From positions 704,001 through 768,000 of the forward strand of contig CAXXIA010000001.1 of assembly GCA_963666985.2 (NCBI GenBank): DNA of 64,000 nt. Direction: 5' to 3'. Positions 57,819 through 64,000 of this stretch are shown here, piece after piece (the stretch's first letter is position 1; each line of letters begins with the position of its first letter). A program made the translations under genes and the position numbers. The stretch is from Spirochaetia bacterium. Its GTDB lineage: Bacteria; Spirochaetota; Spirochaetia; DSM-2461. The notes under the pieces were generated by a model. That model saw only the letters and a program-made list of their open reading frames with translations. It did no database searches and was not told where the DNA came from.

Positions 57819-59210
57819 TTAGAGCAGCGTTCGCCGTATGTCGGCGAGAATCATTGCCAAATAAGCGGTAAAACGGGCGCCTTGAGCCCCGTCGATCACA
57901 CGATGATCATAAGAAAGGGAGAGAGGCAGAATGAGCCGCGGAACGAATTCGCTCCCGTTCCAAACGGGCTTCATCGTACTTCGTGAAAGACCGAGAATCG
58001 CCACCTCGGGAGCGTTGACGATGGGAGTAAAATAAGTTCCTCCAATACCGCCGAGGCTTGAGATTGAAAAAGTCCCGCCTTTCATCTCATCGATTTTCAG
58101 CTTTCCCTCGCGGGCTCGGGAACTCAGATCCGACAACTCTTCGGCCAATAAAGCGATGCCTTTTTGATCCGCGTTTTTTAATACGGGAACGACAAGCCCG
58201 TCTGAAGTATCAACGGCGATGCCGATGTTGTAATATTTTTTCCTGATTATCGAAGATCCGTCGGCGGAAAGAGATCCGTTGAAATCGCCGAAACGCTTCA
58301 GAGCCGCAACGACCGCTTTTACAACAAAAATTAAGGGGCTGATTTTTCGATTTCCCGCCGCGGCATTCTCTTCATTGATTGTTCCGCGGAATTCTTCAAG
58401 ATCCGTAATATCGGCGTCTTCGAACTGGGTTACATGGGGTATGCCCAGCCAGTTCCTGTGAAGATGCGGGCCGGAGATCTTTTTAATACGGCTTAATTCT
58501 TCGGTTTCGATGTCGCCGAAAGAAGCGTAATCGGCGGTCGGTATGGGCGGCAGGGCGAATCCTGATGTCCCGGAACCGGGGATGATGGAACGTGCCGGAT
58601 TCTCCGCAAATAAATCCGGCACGGCGCCGAAGCCGGATTTTTCCGCGATCGACATCACGTTCTTTATCCGTGCAGCGACATCTTCTCTGGTGATTCGTCC
58701 CTTGGGGCCGCTGCCGGTAACGCCGCTAAGATCGACGCCCAGTTCTCGGGCGAAAGCACGCACCGAAGGAGTCGCATGATATTTTGAGCCGAAGGGCTGA
58801 GCGTTTGCCGGAGCCTCCGAAGGGCTCGGCCGTTCGGAGGTGTCCGCGGGGCGCACTTCTTCCGCCCGATCTTCCTCAGCCCATGCCGATGAGGCCTCGT
58901 TTTTTTCCGTTTCTTCGACTTCCGTTAGGGAATTGGGATTTCCGCTGCTCCCATGAACCTCTTGATCTTCCTTTTCTACTTCCGCCAGAGCAATCAGGTC
59001 TCCGGTATTTACCGTGTCGCCTTCATTGACCTTAACCTCCGTGATAACTCCCGAAAGAGGCGAGGGGACGTCCATAACCGCTTTGTCGCTTTCCAGCGAG
59101 ATTAACGGAGATTCCACTTCAATCGTATCGCCGGGTGAAACATAAACTTCCACGACGGCGACATCATGCAAGCCTTGAAGATCGGGAACTTTTATTTCCT
59201 GTGTTGCCAT
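57819..59210 (-). CDS. aceF: Pyruvate dehydrogenase E2 (single lipoyl domain)
   Basis: ESDKA lipoyl motif, ATPSVR E3-binding domain, DHRVIDG. Confidence 0.94.
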   Translation of the reverse strand: MATQEIKVPDLQGLHDVAVVEVYVSPGDTIEVESPLISLESDKAVMDVPSPLSGVITEVKVNEGDTVNTGDLIALAEVEKEDQEVHGSSGNPNSLTEVEETEKNEASSAWAEEDRAEEVRPADTSERPSPSEAPANAQPFGSKYHATPSVRAFARELGVDLSGVTGSGPKGRITREDVAARIKNVMSIAEKSGFGAVPDLFAENPARSIIPGSGTSGFALPPIPTADYASFGDIETEELSRIKKISGPHLHRNWLGIPHVTQFEDADITDLEEFRGTINEENAAAGNRKISPLIFVVKAVVAALKRFGDFNGSLSADGSSIIRKKYYNIGIAVDTSDGLVVPVLKNADQKGIALLAEELSDLSSRAREGKLKIDEMKGGTFSISSLGGIGGTYFTPIVNAPEVAILGLSRSTMKPVWNGSEFVPRLILPLSLSYDHRVIDGAQGARFTAYLAMILADIRRTLL

Positions 59211-59223
59211 GACCTTCTTCTCC

Positions 59224-61890
59224 TTAATCCGTAAGGGGATTCGGTTTCGACGGGTTCAGATGATATCGGGAGACGGCCTCGGGAAGCACCTTTGCGGGAA
59301 CCGAACCATCGCGCACCAGCGACTTCAGGGCGGCCAGAGTAATCCAATATCGATCCACTTCAAAAAAGTCTCGGAGTTTGCTTCGGCTGTCCGAACGGCC
59401 GAAACCGTCGGTTCCCAAGATCGTCAGAGTGTTGGGAATCAGCCGTCTGATCTGTTCCGGATAGGCACGCAAATAGTCCGATGTGAAAACAGCGGGACCG
59501 TCATGGCCTTTCAGAACCGATGTAAGGTAGGGAACGAGGGACTCTCTTTCCGGATGAAGCAGATTTTCCCGCTCGACTTCCATTCCATTTCTATGAAGCT
59601 GATTCACGCCGGGAACGCTCCAGAGGTCGGCTTCAACCTTCCAATCCTTTTTCAGCAGATCCGCGGCGGCAATCACCTCACGGAAAATGGTGCCGGAACC
59701 CATGAGCTGAACCTTCGGCCCCTGAGCGCTTCCGGCTTTCTTGAAGAGATAAATCCCCTTCACGATTCCTTCTTCCGCACCTTTGGGGAGAGCCGGCTGA
59801 GGATAGTTTTCATTCATCGCCGTGATGTAATAAAAAAGATTCTTTTTTTCCGCGTACATTTGCTGAAGAGCGTCACGGATAATCACGGCCAGTTCATAGG
59901 AAAAAGCCGGATCATAAGAACGGCAGGTGGGGTAGGTTGACGCCAAGAGAAGACCGTGACCGTCCTGATGCTGGAGCCCTTCGCCGTTCAAGGTTGTTCG
60001 GCCGGCGGTCGCGCCGATCAAAAAACCGCGGGCTCCGATGTCTCCCGCCGCCCAGGCCAAATCGCCGATGCGCTGGAATCCGAACATGGAGTAGAAAATA
60101 TAAAACGGAATCATCGGAACACCGTAGTTGGCTCCGGCCGTACCGGCGGCCAGCCAGGAAGAAAAGGCTCCGGACTCGGTAATGCCTTCTTCCAGAATCT
60201 GTCCTTGGCCCGATTCCTTGTACCACATCATGTCCTCGGCATCTTGCGGTTTGTACAGCTGTCCGGAAGGTGCATAGATTCCCAGCTGACGGAACATGCC
60301 TTCCATTCCGAACGTGCGGGCCTCATCAGGGATGATGGGCACGATATATTTCCCGAGTTCGTTATCCCGCGCCAAACCGGAAAGAATCCTGACGAAGGCG
60401 TTCGTCGTGGAAACCTCGCGATCTTTGGTTGATTCGATGGCGCTTTTAAAGAGTTTGTCGGTGACGGGAGGAATCTTCAGGGAAGGAGGATCGAAGCGGC
60501 GGGCCGGAACGGGACCGCCGAGATTTTTGCGCTGTCGCCGAATAAACTCCATTTCATCGGAGTCTTCGGAAGGGCGAATAAACGGGAGAGAGGAAAGTTC
60601 TTCATCTTTCAGCGGAACATGGAACCGATCCCGGAATTCCTTCAGCGATTCGATATCCATTTTTTTCTGGCTGTGCGTACCCATGGCCGCTTCTCCGGCT
60701 CTGCCCATACCGTAACCCTTGATGGTTTTAACAAGAATCGCCGTAGGAACGCCGTCGGCTTTCACGGCCTCGGCGAAAGCGGCGTAAATTTTCCGCGGAT
60801 CGTGACCTCCTCGGGTCATCTGCCAGAGTTCCCGGTCGCTCATATCTTTTACAAGCGCGGCGATTTTCGGATCGGATTCGAAAAAAGTCTTTCTGAGATG
60901 TTCGGGATCCTTGGAGCGTATATCCTGAAATTCACCGTCCACCATGGAAGAAAACTTCTTCAGGAGCACTCCTTCCGTATCGCGTTTCATCAAGTCGTCC
61001 CATTCCGAGCCCCAGATGACTTTGATCACTTTCCACCCGGCGCCGTTGAATACCCCTTCAAGCTCGTCGATAATTCGTCCGTTCCCCCGCACCGGTCCGT
61101 CGAGCCGCTGCAGATTGCAGTTCACCACGAAAATAAGATTGTCCAGATTTTCACGGGCCGCCAGACTGAGGGCTCCGCGGCTTTCCGGTTCATCGGATTC
61201 ACCGTCGCCCATAAAGGCCCAGACTTTTCTCTCGGCAGTCTCGGCCAGGCCCCGTGCATGCATATATTTCATGAAACGGGCCTGGTAGATGGCCATAAGC
61301 GGTCCGAGCCCCATGGAAACGGTTGGAAATTGCCAGAAGCCGGGCATCAGAAAGGGGTGGGGATAGGATGAGAGACCTTTGCCGTCAACTTCCCGGCGAA
61401 AGTTGTTCAGTGCCTCTTCATCCAAGCGTCCTTCGACAAAGGCACGGGCGTACATGCCCGGAGCCGAATGGCCCTGGAAAAAAATAAGGTCCGGACCGCC
61501 GGGGGCGTCCAACCCTCTGAAAAACCAGTTGAATCCGACCTCATAAAGAGCCGAGGAAGAAGCGAAACTGGCGATATGCCCTCCGAGTGCGTCCGGGCTT
61601 ATATTCGCCCTGGCCACCATGGCCATGGCGTTCCACCGTACATAGGCGGCCACCATCATGGCCGTCAGACTGTCACCGGGAATTTTTTCGGCTTTTTCCG
61701 GAGGGATGGTGTTGGCATAGGGAGAAACAGTCGTATCGGGGGGCTTGATTCCTTTGGAACGAACACTGTCGTTCAATTTTTTGAGAAGATATACGGCCTT
61801 CTCGTCACCTTCGGCATGAATAACCGCTTCGAGAGAATCGAGCCAATCGCGTGTTTCCAGCGGATCGGAATCGCGGAATGCATTGTTCAT
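59224..61890 (-). CDS. aceE: Pyruvate dehydrogenase E1, homodimeric type
   Basis: GGHIAS, SSYPHP, GDGESDE, NLQRLDGPV, PDEARTFGME, GEGLQH. Confidence 0.97.
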   Translation of the reverse strand: MNNAFRDSDPLETRDWLDSLEAVIHAEGDEKAVYLLKKLNDSVRSKGIKPPDTTVSPYANTIPPEKAEKIPGDSLTAMMVAAYVRWNAMAMVARANISPDALGGHIASFASSSALYEVGFNWFFRGLDAPGGPDLIFFQGHSAPGMYARAFVEGRLDEEALNNFRREVDGKGLSSYPHPFLMPGFWQFPTVSMGLGPLMAIYQARFMKYMHARGLAETAERKVWAFMGDGESDEPESRGALSLAARENLDNLIFVVNCNLQRLDGPVRGNGRIIDELEGVFNGAGWKVIKVIWGSEWDDLMKRDTEGVLLKKFSSMVDGEFQDIRSKDPEHLRKTFFESDPKIAALVKDMSDRELWQMTRGGHDPRKIYAAFAEAVKADGVPTAILVKTIKGYGMGRAGEAAMGTHSQKKMDIESLKEFRDRFHVPLKDEELSSLPFIRPSEDSDEMEFIRRQRKNLGGPVPARRFDPPSLKIPPVTDKLFKSAIESTKDREVSTTNAFVRILSGLARDNELGKYIVPIIPDEARTFGMEGMFRQLGIYAPSGQLYKPQDAEDMMWYKESGQGQILEEGITESGAFSSWLAAGTAGANYGVPMIPFYIFYSMFGFQRIGDLAWAAGDIGARGFLIGATAGRTTLNGEGLQHQDGHGLLLASTYPTCRSYDPAFSYELAVIIRDALQQMYAEKKNLFYYITAMNENYPQPALPKGAEEGIVKGIYLFKKAGSAQGPKVQLMGSGTIFREVIAAADLLKKDWKVEADLWSVPGVNQLHRNGMEVERENLLHPERESLVPYLTSVLKGHDGPAVFTSDYLRAYPEQIRRLIPNTLTILGTDGFGRSDSRSKLRDFFEVDRYWITLAALKSLVRDGSVPAKVLPEAVSRYHLNPSKPNPLTD

Positions 61891-62083
61891 ACAACCTCCC
61901 GTAAAAATATGACCATATATATAAACATAGTTATGCAGGGGCTGTAAGGCAAGACTAATTCAAGATTCCGAAATCCATCCGGAGCCCCCTGATTGCAGAG
62001 AATGGGAATCCCCGTAAAAGTGCCGTATGTAAACACTCACTATACTAAACAAGCCCCGAACGGGAGCATTCTTTGAAATTATC

Positions 62084-62107
62084 ATTACGGCAAAACATTG
62101 CCGTAAT
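62084..62107. promoter_or_regulatory. Perfect inverted repeat (candidate operator) touching the livK -35 element
   Basis: ATTACGGCAA-AACA-TTGCCGTAAT. Confidence 0.55.
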
Positions 62108-62135
62108 TGACAAGCGGGGTATGAGCGGCTATAAA
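62107..62135 (+). promoter_or_regulatory. sigma70 promoter of the liv operon
   Basis: TTGACA-N17-TATAAA. Confidence 0.65.
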
Positions 62136-62187
62136 AAAAAGCCATAATTGGGAAAATTTCATTCGACCAATTAAAAGGAGAAAATCT

Positions 62188-63300
62188 ATGAAGAAAATTC
62201 TTGCGGTTCTGTTCGTCCTTTTATCAGCCGGTATGCTCTTTGCGGGCGGCAGCGGCGACGGCGGAACAATTAAAATCGGTGTTGTCGGCGCTCATTCCGG
62301 AGACCTCGCCTCCTACGGCCTGCCTACCGTTAAAGCCGCCGAACTTGTCGTCGCCGAATACAATGCCAAGGGCGGCGTTCTCGGCAAGCAGATTGAACTT
62401 GTTGTTGAAGACGATGTTTGTAAGCCGGAAGTCGCGGCGAACAGCGCCGCCAAGGTTGTGGGTGAGGGCGTTGTCGCCGTTATCGGCCATATCTGCTCCG
62501 GCGCAACCAAGAGCGCCCTCGGCGTTTATCTTGAAGCCGGCATCCCGGCCATCAGCCCCTCGGCGACCAATCCTCCGCTGACCCAGAGCGGCGATTATCC
62601 CAACTTCTTCAGAACCATCGCTTCGGATGACGCGCAGGCTGCGACCGACGCGAAATTCATTGCCGAAACACTGGGCTTGAAAAAAGTCGCGGTTCTTCAT
62701 GATAAGCAGGATTACGGTAAAGGTTTCGCGGATTTCTCCGTTGAAGCTCTCAAGGGTCTGGGCGTTCAGACCGTTATCTACGAAGGAATCACAGCCGGCG
62801 CCGTTGATTATTCGGCCGTTCTGACGAAAGTCGCCAATTCCGGCGCCGAAGGTATCGTCTACGGAGGATATCACCCCGAGGCCTCCAAGCTGGTTCAGCA
62901 GATGAGCGCCATGGGCCTGGACATTCCTTTTGTCTCCGACGACGGCGTGAAGGACGATACCTTTATTCAGGTCGCCGGCGACTATGCCGAAGGCGTTTAT
63001 GCTTCCGGTCCGGTGGACACTTCTTCCAATCCGATGAATAAGGCCGCCATCAAAGCTCATCAGGATGCGTACGGCGAAGAGCCGGGTGCTTTCTACATTA
63101 ATGCTTATGCGGCCGCCATTGTTCTCATTGAAGCCATTAAAACCGCCGGAAGCACCGACGGCGCGGCCATTATGAAAGCTTTGCGGTCACAGTACGTTGA
63201 TACTCCTCTGGGAAGCATCAGCTTTGACGAAAAGGGTGATGCAATCGGCGTCGGATTCTCCGTTTATCAGGTTCAAAACGGCGAATACGTCGAACTCTAG
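62188..63300 (+). CDS. livK: Branched-chain amino-acid ABC substrate-binding protein (LivK/LivJ family)
   Basis: IKIG, N.KGGVLG, DD.C.P..A, GHICSG, HDKQ.YG.G, GGYHPE. Confidence 0.9.
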   Translation: MKKILAVLFVLLSAGMLFAGGSGDGGTIKIGVVGAHSGDLASYGLPTVKAAELVVAEYNAKGGVLGKQIELVVEDDVCKPEVAANSAAKVVGEGVVAVIGHICSGATKSALGVYLEAGIPAISPSATNPPLTQSGDYPNFFRTIASDDAQAATDAKFIAETLGLKKVAVLHDKQDYGKGFADFSVEALKGLGVQTVIYEGITAGAVDYSAVLTKVANSGAEGIVYGGYHPEASKLVQQMSAMGLDIPFVSDDGVKDDTFIQVAGDYAEGVYASGPVDTSSNPMNKAAIKAHQDAYGEEPGAFYINAYAAAIVLIEAIKTAGSTDGAAIMKALRSQYVDTPLGSISFDEKGDAIGVGFSVYQVQNGEYVEL

Positions 63301-63341
63301 GGTTATTTCGGCTTAGTCCGAGAACTTAAGGACCGATTTAT

Positions 63342-63365
63342 CGGGGCGGGATTACTCCCGCCCCG
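63342..63365 (+). terminator. Stem-loop between livK and livH
   Basis: CGGGGCGGGA-TTAC-TCCCGCCCCG followed by TTT. Confidence 0.55.
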
Positions 63366-63430
63366 TTTCCTAATCCGTAAAAACGGCTATACTGCTTTAA
63401 GTCCTTATTACTTTCCGAGGAGAAAATCCC

Positions 63431-64000
63431 TTGAAATTCTTTCTTCAGCTCGTCCTCGCCGGACTGACCAAGGGCAGTATTTATGCGCTGATCGCCCTGG
63501 GCTACACGATGGTGTACGGCATAATCCAATTGATTAATTTCGCCCACGGCGAGATCTACATGATCGGCGCCTTTACGGCTCTGATCGTCAGCGGTTTACT
63601 GCAGATAACAACGACGCTTCATCCTATTGCGATCCTTTTCATCGCTCTGGCCGCGGCCGTTTTCTTTTCAGCCGGATACGGCGTTACCATGGAAAAGATC
63701 GCCTACAAACCATTGCGCAATGCTCCGCGGCTGACCGCATTAATCAGTGCGATCGGTATGTCTCTGCTGCTGCAGAATTACGTTCGGCTGGCACAAACCT
63801 CCGACTTTCTGCCCTTCCGCTCACTTATTCCGAATTTTTCCTTTCTTACTCCGGGCGTTTCTGTCATTACAACGACGCAGCTGGTTATTTTGGTGACCAC
63901 CTTCGCCGTTATGGTGATTCTGACGTTCCTGATTAAATTTACGCGTATGGGAAAGGCGATGCGGGCCACGGCCCAGGATAAAATCATGGCTCAGCTGGTG
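63431..64000 (+). CDS. livH: Branched-chain amino-acid ABC permease, partial (runs off the right edge)
   Basis: Not in the ORF track. My translation from TTG 63431 after GAGGAG: MKFFLQLVLAGLTKGSIYALIALGYTMVYGIIQLINFAHGEIYMIG. Confidence 0.9.
   Translation, partial: MKFFLQLVLAGLTKGSIYALIALGYTMVYGIIQLINFAHGEIYMIGAFTALIVSGLLQITTTLHPIAILFIALAAAVFFSAGYGVTMEKIAYKPLRNAPRLTALISAIGMSLLLQNYVRLAQTSDFLPFRSLIPNFSFLTPGVSVITTTQLVILVTTFAVMVILTFLIKFTRMGKAMRATAQDKIMAQLV

Overview
Bacterial chromosomal window, most likely from a free-living spirochaete (Spirochaetales). This assignment is inferred from the rpsB-tsf-frr-uppS-cdsA-rseP and rpsF-ssb-rpsR-rplI-dnaB gene orders and from the 'FANG/FAGG'-type signal peptides. 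Left to right: partial YkgJ-family gene and hisI; a Mo-nitrogenase cluster (nifH-nifI1-nifI2-nifDKEN-nifB-fdx, then nifV-nifA) with two sigma54 promoters; ribosomal, replication and envelope housekeeping genes including an S6:S18 RNA leader; a TIGR03546/TIGR03545-like pair; a polar amino-acid ABC transporter; a sigma54-controlled catabolic operon; a guanine-riboswitch-controlled pur operon that lacks purC and is interrupted by a 5.3-kb insert and a 217-bp MITE; a DHH phosphoesterase; an AceE-type pyruvate dehydrogenase operon; and the start of a liv operon. The best candidate for an undescribed system is the catabolic operon at 31040-37644. It encodes a cyclase-family hydrolase, a Na+:solute symporter fused to two tandem winged-helix-like domains, a PAS-sigma54 activator, a thiolase and a non-Kce beta-keto acid cleavage enzyme. 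All calls come from reading motifs by eye; no searches were run.
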